Both the position numbers and the translations under genes were made by a program. Positions 1-9,033 of a stretch of 32,000 nt of DNA are shown piece after piece. A model generated the notes under the pieces. The model did no database searches. It saw nothing but the letters and a program-made list of their open reading frames with translations, and was not told the DNA's origin. The stretch is taken from positions 810,001 to 842,000 of the forward strand of contig NC_000964.3 of the NCBI RefSeq assembly GCF_000009045.1, in the 5' to 3' direction. Position 1 is the first letter of the stretch. Each line of letters begins with the position of its first letter. This DNA is from Bacillus subtilis subsp. subtilis str. 168 (GTDB taxonomy: Bacteria > Bacillota > Bacilli > Bacillales > Bacillaceae).

Positions 1-1446
1 GTCAACGACGTAACAAAACCGGTCAATGAGCTCTCAGGCGGCCAGAAAAAACGGGTGGCCATTGCCAAAAACTTAATTCAGCCCGCTGATTTGCTCATTT
101 TGGACGAGCCGACAAACCATTTGGATAATGAAACGATTGAGTGGCTTGAAGGGTATTTAAGCCAATATCCCGGCGCCGTCATGCTGGTGACGCACGATAG
201 ATATTTCTTAAACCGTGTCACCAACCGCATTTATGAGCTTGAAAGAGGCAGCCTCTACACTTACAAAGGCAACTATGAAGTGTTTTTAGAAAAACGCGCG
301 GAACGGGAAGCGCAGGCTGAGCAAAAGGAAACGAAGCGGCAAAACCTGCTGCGCCGCGAACTGGCTTGGCTCAGACGAGGAGCGAAAGCCCGCTCCACAA
401 AACAAAAAGCGAGAATTGACCGGGTAGAGACGCTTAAAGAGCAGACAGGCCCTCAGTCATCAGGTTCACTCGATTTTGCCATTGGCTCGCACCGTCTCGG
501 AAAACAGGTTATTGAAGCGGAGAACGTCATGATCGCTTATGACGGCCGCATGCTCGTCGACCGTTTTAATGAACTTGTCATACCAGGTGAACGGATCGGG
601 ATCATCGGGCCGAACGGCATCGGGAAAACAACGCTGTTAAATGCCCTTGCCGGCCGTCATACGCCGGACGGAGGCGATATTACGATCGGACAGACGGTCA
701 GAATCGGCTACTATACTCAGGATCATAGTGAAATGAACGGTGAGTTAAAAGTCATTGACTATATAAAAGAAACGGCGGAGGTCGTAAAAACGGCAGATGG
801 CGATATGATTACAGCTGAACAAATGCTCGAGCGTTTCCTCTTCCCGCGTTCGATGCAGCAGACGTATATCCGCAAGCTGTCCGGCGGGGAAAAACGCCGT
901 TTATACTTGCTTCAGGTTCTCATGCAGGAGCCGAATGTCCTGTTTCTCGATGAGCCGACGAACGATTTGGATACTGAAACATTAAGCGTTCTTGAGGATT
1001 ATATTGACCAGTTCCCAGGCGTCGTCATCACCGTATCCCATGACCGCTATTTCCTTGACCGCGTCGTCGACCGTTTGATTGTATTTGAAGGAAATGGTGT
1101 CATTTCCCGCTTTCAAGGCTCCTATAGCGACTATATGGAGGAGTCAAAAGCGAAAAAAGCGGCCCCAAAACCGGCAGCTGAGGAAAAAACGGCTGAAGCC
1201 GAGCCGAAGAAAAAACGGAAAAAGCTTTCTTACAAAGACCAGTTGGAATGGGACGGCATCGAAGATAAAATTGCCCAGCTGGAAGAAAAGCATGAACAGC
1301 TTGAAGCTGACATCGCCGCAGCAGGCAGTGATTTTGGCAAAATCCAAGAGCTGATGGCCGAGCAGGCGAAAACGGCGGAAGAGCTTGAGGCTGCGATGGA
1401 CCGCTGGACAGAATTGTCCCTCATGATCGAAGAACTGGAAAGCTAA
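1..1446 (+). CDS. yfmR: ABC-F family ATP-binding protein (5'-truncated by the window edge)
   Basis: Frame is open from base 1 (VNDVTKPVNELSGGQKKRVA). Two ABC signatures (LSGGQ, LSGGEKRR), Walker B LLILDEPTN / VLFLDEPTN, charged coiled-coil C-terminus. Confidence 0.93.
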   Translation, partial: VNDVTKPVNELSGGQKKRVAIAKNLIQPADLLILDEPTNHLDNETIEWLEGYLSQYPGAVMLVTHDRYFLNRVTNRIYELERGSLYTYKGNYEVFLEKRAEREAQAEQKETKRQNLLRRELAWLRRGAKARSTKQKARIDRVETLKEQTGPQSSGSLDFAIGSHRLGKQVIEAENVMIAYDGRMLVDRFNELVIPGERIGIIGPNGIGKTTLLNALAGRHTPDGGDITIGQTVRIGYYTQDHSEMNGELKVIDYIKETAEVVKTADGDMITAEQMLERFLFPRSMQQTYIRKLSGGEKRRLYLLQVLMQEPNVLFLDEPTNDLDTETLSVLEDYIDQFPGVVITVSHDRYFLDRVVDRLIVFEGNGVISRFQGSYSDYMEESKAKKAAPKPAAEEKTAEAEPKKKRKKLSYKDQLEWDGIEDKIAQLEEKHEQLEADIAAAGSDFGKIQELMAEQAKTAEELEAAMDRWTELSLMIEELES

Positions 1447-1478
1447 AAAGCGTGGCCGCAGCAGGCCGCGCTTTTTTT
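1447..1478 (+). terminator. Rho-independent terminator
   Basis: aaaagcgtGGCCgcagcaGGCCgcgcttttttt immediately after the stop codon. Confidence 0.85.
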
Positions 1479-1568
1479 CACATAATGGACAAAAACGAAC
1501 CGGCCTGCTTATGTTAGGATAAAGTTGTGTGTCAGCGGCACATGGAAAACTAACGGAGATGATGAAGT

Positions 1569-2015
1569 ATGACATGGGCGATCGTGATGTTAATTCTCAT
1601 GAGTCTGGTGAAAATCGTATTAACCTGTCTTCCTACAGGCGTCATAGAATGGCTGCTCGGCAAATTTGAAGTGCACGCCAAGCTGAGTGACGAAAATGCG
1701 AGTCTCTCTCTAGATGGAAAACGCCTCGAGGGTGCAGAGAAGCAGAAAGTGATTGATCAATTTAACGAAGCTATCTTCCTGGAAAAATATTATATCTATC
1801 CAGGTGATGAAGAGCGTTATTTACATCCGGAAAACGGCGGCACGCCTCTGGTGATAGATACAAAAAAAGGAAAAAAAGACGTGAAGCTGTTCGTGTACCG
1901 CTACGACGACCATATCGACGTCGTGAAACAGTACAAGAAGAAAGTGATCGCGTATCGAGTGCTTTCTGAAAGCCTTCAAAAAGAGTCTCTGTCAGTGGCG
2001 GGAAGTTTAGCTTAA
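1569..2015 (+). CDS. yfmQ: Uncharacterised membrane-anchored small protein, YfmQ-like
   Basis: 148-aa ORF with hydrophobic N-terminus (MTWAIVMLILMSLVKIVLTCLPTG) and GGAG just upstream. Confidence 0.8.
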   Translation: MTWAIVMLILMSLVKIVLTCLPTGVIEWLLGKFEVHAKLSDENASLSLDGKRLEGAEKQKVIDQFNEAIFLEKYYIYPGDEERYLHPENGGTPLVIDTKKGKKDVKLFVYRYDDHIDVVKQYKKKVIAYRVLSESLQKESLSVAGSLA

Positions 2016-2073
2016 ACAGGAAAGTGAAAGACGGGTGCTGTATGCTGCTCGTCTTTTTTATTGTTTTTTAAAA

Positions 2074-2109
2074 CTTAACGTTTACGTTAAGGTTCAAAAG
2101 GTGTATAAT
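2074..2109 (+). promoter_or_regulatory. Putative MerR-type operator/promoter upstream of yfmP-yfmO
   Basis: Perfect dyad CTTAACGT-TT-ACGTTAAG (2074-2091) followed by TATAAT (2104-2109). Confidence 0.7.
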
Positions 2110-2139
2110 GGTAACAGAAACGGCGAAGGGGGATTTACC

Positions 2140-2562
2140 TTGGAATGGATGAAGATTGATCAAGTGGCCAAAAGAAGCGGGCTGACAAAGCGGACCATCC
2201 GGTTTTATGAAGAAATCGGCTTGATTCCGGCGCCGAAACGGACAGACGGCGGTGTAAGGCTTTATTCAGAGGATGATATGGAGGAGCTTGAGAAAGTCAT
2301 CAGCACAAAAGAGGTGCTCGGTTTTTCCCTTCAGGAGCTTCAGCATTTCATGGAAACCAGCCGCCAGCTAGAGTTAAACAAAGAGGGGTATTTGTTGTCA
2401 CTGGATCCTAAGGAACGGAAAGAAAAACTGGAGGAAATTCAGGAAACCCTGAATCACCAGCTGGATTTGATTGATGAGAAAATCCGCACATTCCAAAGCT
2501 TTAAAGAACGCCTGCAGGGCATGAAAGGCAAAGCGGAACGCGCCATTCAATCAATCGAATGA
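2140..2562 (+). CDS. yfmP: MerR-family transcriptional regulator
   Basis: KIDQVAKRSGLTKRTIRFYEEIGLIPAPKRTDGGVRLYSEDD is a classic MerR HTH. A TTG start at 2140 is preferred over the longer track ORF because AAGGGGG lies just upstream; 140 aa. Confidence 0.88.
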   Translation: MEWMKIDQVAKRSGLTKRTIRFYEEIGLIPAPKRTDGGVRLYSEDDMEELEKVISTKEVLGFSLQELQHFMETSRQLELNKEGYLLSLDPKERKEKLEEIQETLNHQLDLIDEKIRTFQSFKERLQGMKGKAERAIQSIE

Positions 2563-2572
2563 AAAGTTTGTT

Positions 2573-2599
2573 AAACGCTATTTTTGTAGCGTTTCTTTT
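2573..2599 (+). terminator. Intercistronic hairpin/possible attenuator between the MerR gene and the MFS gene
   Basis: AAACGCTA-tttttg-TAGCGTTT followed by CTTTTA. Confidence 0.55.
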
Positions 2600-2627
2600 A
2601 ATGGAATAAAGATGGAGGTTAGGTCAA

Positions 2628-3818
2628 ATGGATAAGACAACACAAGTGAATCAGAAAACGGGTTTGCTCAGCCAGCCAAAAGCGGTATGGGCTGTCGCGT
2701 TTGCCTGTGTGATTTCTTTTATGGGAATCGGGCTGGTCGATCCAATTCTTCCGGCCATTGCCGCACAATTGCATGCTTCACCTAGTGAAGTATCACTCTT
2801 GTTTACAAGTTATTTGCTTGTAACCGGATTTATGATGTTTTTCTCAGGAGCCATTTCCAGCCGCATCGGCGCGAAATGGACATTAATTCTCGGACTTATT
2901 TTTATTATTGTGTTTGCGGGGCTTGGCGGCAGCTCAAGCTCAATCGCTCAGTTAGTCGGCTATCGCGGCGGCTGGGGATTAGGGAATGCTTTGTTTATTT
3001 CAACAGCGCTTGCGGTCATCGTTGGCGTGTCAGTCGGCGGCAGCGCCCAAGCGATTATTTTGTATGAGGCCGCGCTCGGTCTCGGGATTTCTGTCGGGCC
3101 GCTTGCAGGCGGAGAGCTCGGAAGCATTTCATGGCGCGCACCGTTTTTTGGAGTATCTGTCCTGATGTTTATTGCGTTAATCGCGATTTCTTTCATGCTT
3201 CCGAAGCTGCCGAAACCGGCGAAACGCGTCGGTGTGTTTGATGCGATGAAGGCACTCAAATATAAAGGCCTGCTGACAATGGCGGTATCGGCATTCCTAT
3301 ACAACTTTGGATTTTTTATTTTGCTAGCTTATTCTCCGTTCGTACTGGATTTAGATGAACACGGTCTTGGATATGTCTTCTTCGGCTGGGGCCTTCTGCT
3401 GGCGATTACGTCAGTCTTTACGGCGCCGCTCGTGCACAAAGCGCTGGGCACAGTGCGTTCGCTAGTCGTTCTCTTTATCGCCTTTGCGGCCATTCTCGTT
3501 ATTATGGGGATCTGGACAGACCATCAGACTTTGATTATTACATGTATCGTTGTCGCTGGTGCTGTCCTCGGTATGGTGAATACGATCATGACAACCGCTG
3601 TGATGGGTTCTGCGCCGGTTGAACGTTCAATCGCGTCTTCAGCCTACAGCTCAGTCCGCTTCATCGGCGGCGCGCTCGCCCCGTGGATTGCAGGAATGCT
3701 GTCAGAACACTTTACTGCAAGCACACCATATACAGTAGGCGGAATCGTCGTTTTTGTCGGCATGCTTGTCCTTCTCATGGGACGTAAACATCTTGCTGGA
3801 ATTAAGGCGGGGCATTAA
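2628..3818 (+). CDS. yfmO: MFS multidrug/metal-type efflux transporter
   Basis: 396 aa, 12-TM-like hydrophobic pattern, MFS motif FSGAISSRIGAKW, RBS GGAGGT upstream. Confidence 0.9.
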   Translation: MDKTTQVNQKTGLLSQPKAVWAVAFACVISFMGIGLVDPILPAIAAQLHASPSEVSLLFTSYLLVTGFMMFFSGAISSRIGAKWTLILGLIFIIVFAGLGGSSSSIAQLVGYRGGWGLGNALFISTALAVIVGVSVGGSAQAIILYEAALGLGISVGPLAGGELGSISWRAPFFGVSVLMFIALIAISFMLPKLPKPAKRVGVFDAMKALKYKGLLTMAVSAFLYNFGFFILLAYSPFVLDLDEHGLGYVFFGWGLLLAITSVFTAPLVHKALGTVRSLVVLFIAFAAILVIMGIWTDHQTLIITCIVVAGAVLGMVNTIMTTAVMGSAPVERSIASSAYSSVRFIGGALAPWIAGMLSEHFTASTPYTVGGIVVFVGMLVLLMGRKHLAGIKAGH

Positions 3819-3822
3819 TAAC

Positions 3823-3853
3823 GAAAGACACTGCGCATATGCAGTGTCTTTTT
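3823..3853 (+). terminator. Rho-independent terminator
   Basis: AAAGACACTGC-gcatat-GCAGTGTCTTT followed by T-rich tract. Confidence 0.85.
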
Positions 3854-3903
3854 ATTCGTTATAATGCATCATAATCGAATTGGTGCAGGAAAGGACAACC
3901 TTT

Positions 3904-4347
3904 ATGACACAATTTTACTATTTTCCGGCTGAAAACTCCCTTTAGAAACCGGTTTTTTCGGTCAGCAAGAACGGCGTTCGCGGAAAGGGCATCCGCTTCG
4001 GTCAGGCATTGATGCGGCTGGGATTTATCTTGCAGAAGCTGAGAATGTGTCCGTTCATTTACGATTGCCATTTCAGTGATGGTTCATGCTGTAGAGGGGA
4101 CGTTTGCCATGGATAAGGCAAAACCTGACGAATATGATCAGAAATGTTTAGAAACGCTCTATCAATACATACACAGCGTCATGAAAAACAGCTTTTCTCG
4201 GTCGAGTGGTTTACCGCTTGGGAAGATGAGGAGGATTTTGAGCTGTCTGCCAAAAGAGAGCTGACACTTGATGAATTCACATCTCCATTGCAGCTCATTT
4301 TAAAAGACAGAGAGCTTTTGAGAATCGTTCAGAAAAAATGGCAGTAA
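3904..4347 (+). pseudogene. Decayed small protein gene with at least three apparent frameshifts
   Basis: Starts after an AAAGGA-type RBS: MTQFYYFPAENS (stop at 3943) then LETGFFGQQERRSRKGHPLRSGIDAAGIYLAEAENVSVHLRLPFQ (stop at 4077) then MVHAVEGTFAMDKAKPDEYDQKCLETLYQYIHSVMKN then VEWFTAWEDEEDFELSAKRELTLDEFTSPLQLILKDRELLRIVQKKWQ, ending directly at a terminator. Confidence 0.55.
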
Positions 4348-4380
4348 AAAACCCGCCCTTTAGCAGGCGGGTTTTTTTAT
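4348..4380. terminator. Bidirectional terminator between convergent genes
   Basis: AAAAACCCGCC-ctttagca-GGCGGGTTTTTTT. Confidence 0.85.
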
Positions 4381-4383
4381 AAA

Positions 4384-5940
4384 TTAAAGCACTTTCGTCG
4401 TCCAAGACTCGCAGTTCCACGTTTCTGTCGCAATATCCATATAAAAGTCTGGCTCGTGGGAAATGAGCAGAATGGAGCCTTTATATTCTTTCAGGGCGCG
4501 CTTGAGCTCTTCCTTGGCATCGGCATCCAAGTGGTTTGTCGGCTCATCGAGCACCAGCAGGTTTGTTTCTGAGTTGATTAGCTTGCACAATCTGACTTTC
4601 GCTTTTTCGCCTCCGCTTAATACGGAGACGCGGCTTTCGATATGCTTTGTCGTCAGCCCGCATTTTGCCAGAGCGGCACGGATTTCATACTGCGTATAAG
4701 AAGGGAATTCGCTCCATACTTCTTCGATGCACGTATTGTTGTTTGTTTCCTTGACCTCTTGCTCGAAATAGCCGGTATAGATGTGCTCACCGCGTTCAAC
4801 AGAGCCTTCGAGCGGCTGGATTTCACCAAGCAAACTTTTCAGCAATGTCGTTTTTCCGATCCCATTCGCGCCGTAAAGGGCGATTTTTTGGCCGCGCTCC
4901 ATGCGGAGGTTGAGCGGACGGGACAGCGGGGAATCGTAACCGATCACGAGATCCTTCGTTTCAAAAATCAGCTTGCCTGACGTTCTCGCCGGCTTAAAGT
5001 GGAATTCCGGCTTTGGCTTTTCTGCCGCAAGCTCGATCATATCCATCTTATCGAGTTTCTTTTGGCGGGACATCGCCATGTTTCTCGTGCTGACACGCGC
5101 TTTGTTGCGGGCGACGAAATCCTTCAGCTCCGCGACTTCCTGCTGCTGCTTTTTGTAGGCCGCTTCAAGCTGCTGTTTTTTCACCTCGTAGACTTCCATA
5201 AACTGATGGTAGTCGCCGACATAACGTGTCAGCTCTTGATTTTCAACGTGATAAATCAGGTTGATGACACTATTCAAGAACGGAATATCGTGGGAAATCA
5301 GGATGAACGCGTTCTCGTATTCCTGCAGGTAGCGTTTCAGCCATTCAATATGCTGTTCATCAAGATAGTTGGTCGGCTCATCGAGAAGCAGAATTTCCGG
5401 CTTTTCAAGGAGAAGCTTAGCGAGAAGGACCTTTGTGCGCTGTCCGCCGCTCAAATCGGTGACATCTCGCTCTAAACCGATATCGCTCAAACCGAGACCG
5501 CGGGCGATTTCTTCCACCTTGGAATCAATGACATAAAAATCATTGTTTGTCAGCGCGTCTTGAATGACGCCGACTTCTTCAAGCAGCTTCTCGAGCTCGT
5601 CGGGATCAGCCTCGCCCATTTTGTTGTAAATCTCGTTCATTTCCTCTTCCATCGCAAATAAATAATGGAATGCGTCTTTCAGGACGTCGCGAATGGATTT
5701 TCCTTTTTCCAGCACGGTATGCTGATCAAGGTATCCGACACGGACATTTTTTGACCATTCGACTTTTCCCTCATCAGGTTCAAGCTTTCCGGTAATAATA
5801 TTCATGAAGGTTGATTTTCCTTCACCGTTTGCGCCGATCAAGCCGACGTGCTCGCCTTTTAACAGGCGGAAGGAAACGTTATTAAAAATGGCCCGGTCCC
5901 CGAAACCGTGGCTTAAATCCTTTACAGATAAAATACTCAT
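4384..5940 (-). CDS. yfmM: ABC-F family ATP-binding protein
   Basis: MSILSVKDLSHGFGDRAIFNNVSF start, two LSGG motifs, LLLDEPTNYLD, LVLDEPTNHLD. The track ORF is over-extended; ATG at 5940 has AGAGGTG upstream. Confidence 0.92.
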   Translation of the reverse strand: MSILSVKDLSHGFGDRAIFNNVSFRLLKGEHVGLIGANGEGKSTFMNIITGKLEPDEGKVEWSKNVRVGYLDQHTVLEKGKSIRDVLKDAFHYLFAMEEEMNEIYNKMGEADPDELEKLLEEVGVIQDALTNNDFYVIDSKVEEIARGLGLSDIGLERDVTDLSGGQRTKVLLAKLLLEKPEILLLDEPTNYLDEQHIEWLKRYLQEYENAFILISHDIPFLNSVINLIYHVENQELTRYVGDYHQFMEVYEVKKQQLEAAYKKQQQEVAELKDFVARNKARVSTRNMAMSRQKKLDKMDMIELAAEKPKPEFHFKPARTSGKLIFETKDLVIGYDSPLSRPLNLRMERGQKIALYGANGIGKTTLLKSLLGEIQPLEGSVERGEHIYTGYFEQEVKETNNNTCIEEVWSEFPSYTQYEIRAALAKCGLTTKHIESRVSVLSGGEKAKVRLCKLINSETNLLVLDEPTNHLDADAKEELKRALKEYKGSILLISHEPDFYMDIATETWNCESWTTKVL

Positions 5941-6018
5941 GTTTACACCTCTATCGTTATCAAACACGCACAATCGGCGTGTAATATTCACCCTTTTGAT
6001 TATAAAGGAGGATTCGGA

Positions 6019-6102
6019 ATGTTGAAAGGTATAGGAAAGAAAAAGAAAAATTGCGTTCCGGGCGAGGTTTTGAGATACTATGGAATAGATTTCAGGAATT
6101 GA
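6019..6102 (+). CDS. 27-aa small ORF/leader peptide upstream of the DEAD-box helicase gene
   Basis: AAAGGAGG RBS (from about 6004), ATG 6019, MLKGIGKKKKNCVPGEVLRYYGIDFRN, stop TGA 6100-6102 overlapping the GAGGAG RBS of the next gene. Confidence 0.6.
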   Translation: MLKGIGKKKKNCVPGEVLRYYGIDFRN

Positions 6103-6112
6103 GGAGAACAAA

Positions 6113-7243
6113 ATGACGCAAACTTGGCCATTTTTACATAATGCACAATCATTTATACAAGAGAATTGGAATGCTTCCGGCTTTCAAAAGCCAACCCCTG
6201 TTCAGGAGCAGGCAGCCCAGCTGATCATGGACGGAAAGGATGTCATTGCAGAATCGCCGACAGGCACAGGGAAGACGCTGGCGTATGCGCTGCCGGTCTT
6301 GGAGCGGATCAAACCAGAGCAAAAGCATCCGCAGGCGGTGATTTTAGCGCCTTCCCGTGAGCTGGTCATGCAGATTTTTCAGGTGATTCAGGATTGGAAA
6401 GCGGGCTCAGAGCTGCGCGCGGCTTCCTTAATCGGCGGGGCGAATGTGAAGAAACAGGTCGAAAAGCTGAAGAAACATCCGCATATCATCGTCGGCACGC
6501 CAGGCAGGGTGTTTGAACTGATTAAAGCGAAGAAACTCAAAATGCATGAAGTGAAAACGATCGTGCTTGATGAAACGGATCAGCTCGTCCTGCCGGAGCA
6601 TCGCGAAACGATGAAGCAAATCATTAAAACAACATTAAGAGACCGCCAGCTTCTATGTTTTTCTGCCACGCTCAAAAAGGAAACAGAGGACGTGCTCCGC
6701 GAATTGGCGCAAGAGCCTGAGGTGTTGAAGGTGCAGCGAAGCAAGGCGGAGGCAGGGAAAGTGAAGCATCAATACCTGATTTGCGACCAGCGCGACAAAG
6801 TGAAGCTGCTGCAAAAGCTGTCAAGGCTTGAAGGCATGCAGGCACTCGTATTTGTGAGAGACATTGGCAACCTGAGTGTATATGCGGAAAAACTGGCATA
6901 TCACCACGTTGAACTCGGCGTTTTGCACAGTGAAGCGAAAAAAATGGAGCGAGCGAAAATCATTGCCACATTCGAAGACGGAGAGTTTCCTCTTTTATTG
7001 GCGACTGACATTGCCGCACGCGGTTTAGATATTGAAAACCTGCCATACGTGATTCATGCTGATATTCCAGATGAAGATGGCTATGTCCACAGATCAGGAC
7101 GAACAGGCCGGGCCGGAAAAGAAGGCAACGTGCTGAGCCTTGTGACAAAATTGGAGGAATCTAAGCTGAAAAAAATGGCGAAGAAGCTTGGTGTTGAGCT
7201 GAGTGAAGCTGTGTATGCAGGCGGAAAACTGAAGACGAAATAA
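6113..7243 (+). CDS. yfmL: DEAD-box ATP-dependent RNA helicase
   Basis: Q-motif FQKPTPVQEQ, SPTGTGKTLAY, variant of the DEAD box (VLDETDQL), HRSGRTGRAG. Confidence 0.93.
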   Translation: MTQTWPFLHNAQSFIQENWNASGFQKPTPVQEQAAQLIMDGKDVIAESPTGTGKTLAYALPVLERIKPEQKHPQAVILAPSRELVMQIFQVIQDWKAGSELRAASLIGGANVKKQVEKLKKHPHIIVGTPGRVFELIKAKKLKMHEVKTIVLDETDQLVLPEHRETMKQIIKTTLRDRQLLCFSATLKKETEDVLRELAQEPEVLKVQRSKAEAGKVKHQYLICDQRDKVKLLQKLSRLEGMQALVFVRDIGNLSVYAEKLAYHHVELGVLHSEAKKMERAKIIATFEDGEFPLLLATDIAARGLDIENLPYVIHADIPDEDGYVHRSGRTGRAGKEGNVLSLVTKLEESKLKKMAKKLGVELSEAVYAGGKLKTK

Positions 7244-7245
7244 AA

Positions 7246-7272
7246 AGAAGGGCGAAGAGCCCTTTTTTTGTT
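7246..7272 (+). terminator. Rho-independent terminator
   Basis: AAGGGC-gaaga-GCCCTT followed by T tract. Confidence 0.75.
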
Positions 7273-7310
7273 GTAAAATAATAGAAAAGATTTTGCGCGG
7301 AGGTGGGAAA

Positions 7311-7757
7311 ATGGCTTCAATAGACAGGTTTCAAGTAATGCAGGAGCCAGAGCTGAAAATCCTTGAACACTGGTTTGAGAATGAGGATACCAGACGGAGA
7401 ATGGATGGGATGCTGCTATTAGATGAGTGGTATGCACGAGTAAATAAAGATAAACACGATACTGTCATCATGGCGTATGATGGACAGCTGCCGGCAGGGA
7501 TGGTCGTTATTGAGTTCGGAGAGGAGCGGACATATATTGGATTGATCGTCAATCCTTTGTACCGGCTTAAAGGGTATGGAAAACAGATACTGCAAAAGCT
7601 GATGACCGAACCTGATTTTACTAGCGTGCGAGAATGGGTGGCATGCATTGAAGAAGACAATCGAATCAGTTTAGCTTGCTTTCAAGCAGCAGGATTCACT
7701 TTAGAAGACACGGAACCTGATGAAGATGGTTTTCTTACGCTGATTCTTCGCAACTGA
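7311..7757 (+). CDS. yfmK: GNAT-family N-acetyltransferase
   Basis: ATG 7311 after GGAGGT; VNPLYRLKGYGKQILQKLM acetyl-CoA-binding motif; 148 aa. Confidence 0.85.
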   Translation: MASIDRFQVMQEPELKILEHWFENEDTRRRMDGMLLLDEWYARVNKDKHDTVIMAYDGQLPAGMVVIEFGEERTYIGLIVNPLYRLKGYGKQILQKLMTEPDFTSVREWVACIEEDNRISLACFQAAGFTLEDTEPDEDGFLTLILRN

Positions 7758-7772
7758 TCTCATCGAAACACA

Positions 7773-7802
7773 AAAGGAGGGCAAAAAGCCCTCCCGTTTT
7801 CA
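7773..7802. terminator. Terminator between convergent genes
   Basis: GGAGGGC-aaaaa-GCCCTCC followed by CGTTTTC. Confidence 0.75.
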
Positions 7803-7809
7803 TCTTCAT

Positions 7810-8829
7810 TCAGCTCGGATCACTGACCTTGATCAGCTGTTTCCCTTTATTTTCTCCCTTAAATAAACCGAGAAACGCGTCAGGAATGTTTTCGAAGCCT
7901 TCTGTGATGGTTTCCTCGTAATGGAGTTTACCAGCCTTCAGCCATTCTGCCAGCTGTTTTGCTCCCTCAGAAAAACGATCGGAGTAGTCGCTTACGATAA
8001 AGCCTTGCATCAGCGACTTCGTTTTAATGAGTTTTGATTGGACACGAGGGCCCATGTCATCTGCTTCGCTTTCTGCGTTATAGGAAGAAATGGCGCCGCA
8101 CACCGGAATGCGGGCAAATTCATTGAGCAGATTCATCACCGCGTCTGAAATCGGTCCGCCGACATTGTCAAAATACACATCGACACCGTCAGGACAAGCG
8201 TTTTGAAGCGCTTTTTGGATATCATCCGCTGTTTTGTAATTGATGGCTTCGTCAAACTGAAGCTCCTGTTTTAAATAGTCGATTTTTTCATCAGAGCCCG
8301 CGATGCCGACGACTCGCGCGCCTTTGATTTTGGCAATTTGCCCGACTGTTGAACCGACGGCTCCGGCAGCTCCTGAGACAACCACGGTTTCGCCTTCCTT
8401 CGGGCGTCCGATGTCCAGCAATCCGAAGTATGCTGTTAAGCCGGTCATTCCCAAAATGCCGAGATAGGCCGAAGCGGGAGCAAGGCTTGTATCAATTTTT
8501 CGCAAGGCAGACTCGCTCACAGCGGAAAATTCCTGCCAGCTGAGATTTCCGATGACGATATCGCCTTTTTTCAGATGATTCCCGTCTGACACAACTTCAG
8601 CGATAACCCCTCCAGAAAGCGCTTTATCCAAGGCGAACGGCTCAACATATGACTTCGTATCCTGCATACGGCCGCGCATATAAGGGTCAACCGATACATA
8701 AAGCGTTTTGACAAGCACTTCCCCTTGCTTGGGTTCAGGAACCGGAATGGTTTCAAAGCGAAAGTCTTCATGAACAGGAATACCTTGTGGACGTCTTGCT
8801 AATTGAATTTGCTGCTGAGATGCTGTCAT
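7810..8829 (-). CDS. yfmJ: NADP-dependent medium-chain oxidoreductase (MDR/prostaglandin reductase-like)
   Basis: VVSGAAGAVGSTVGQIAKIKGARVVGIAGS nucleotide-binding motif, SVDPYMRGRM. Start chosen at 8829 from RBS spacing; 339 aa. Confidence 0.88.
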   Translation of the reverse strand: MTASQQQIQLARRPQGIPVHEDFRFETIPVPEPKQGEVLVKTLYVSVDPYMRGRMQDTKSYVEPFALDKALSGGVIAEVVSDGNHLKKGDIVIGNLSWQEFSAVSESALRKIDTSLAPASAYLGILGMTGLTAYFGLLDIGRPKEGETVVVSGAAGAVGSTVGQIAKIKGARVVGIAGSDEKIDYLKQELQFDEAINYKTADDIQKALQNACPDGVDVYFDNVGGPISDAVMNLLNEFARIPVCGAISSYNAESEADDMGPRVQSKLIKTKSLMQGFIVSDYSDRFSEGAKQLAEWLKAGKLHYEETITEGFENIPDAFLGLFKGENKGKQLIKVSDPS

Positions 8830-9033
8830 TTTCATCCTCCTATCACTTGGTTGACACCACTGTAACATGGACAGGAGAGGAAATACAAAAGGTAAGCTGG
8901 CATACAAAAAAGGTTATAGATGAGCTTATGCTTTCTACAAGCTCTTTTGTTTTAAAAGTTCTCTTTAGTCATTTATCATTATTAGAAAACAGAACAGAAA
9001 AAGAGCTCCTGTACACCTAGCTAAGATTGGCTA

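Noticed and set aside
1079-1575. ORFs of 91, 143 and 64 aa inside or opposite the 3' end of the ABC-F gene
   Set aside because: They overlap a clearly conserved coding frame, have low-complexity or composition-driven sequence, and no convincing RBS.
4463-6025. Plus-strand ORFs antisense to the second ABC-F gene (78, 112, 61, 158, 73 aa)
   Set aside because: Shadow ORFs opposite a highly conserved ABC-F frame; no independent protein features.
8787-9020. 77-aa plus-strand ORF at the yfmJ 5' end
   Set aside because: Starts antisense inside yfmJ, has no good RBS and no recognisable motif. Its end touches the decayed flank of the island.
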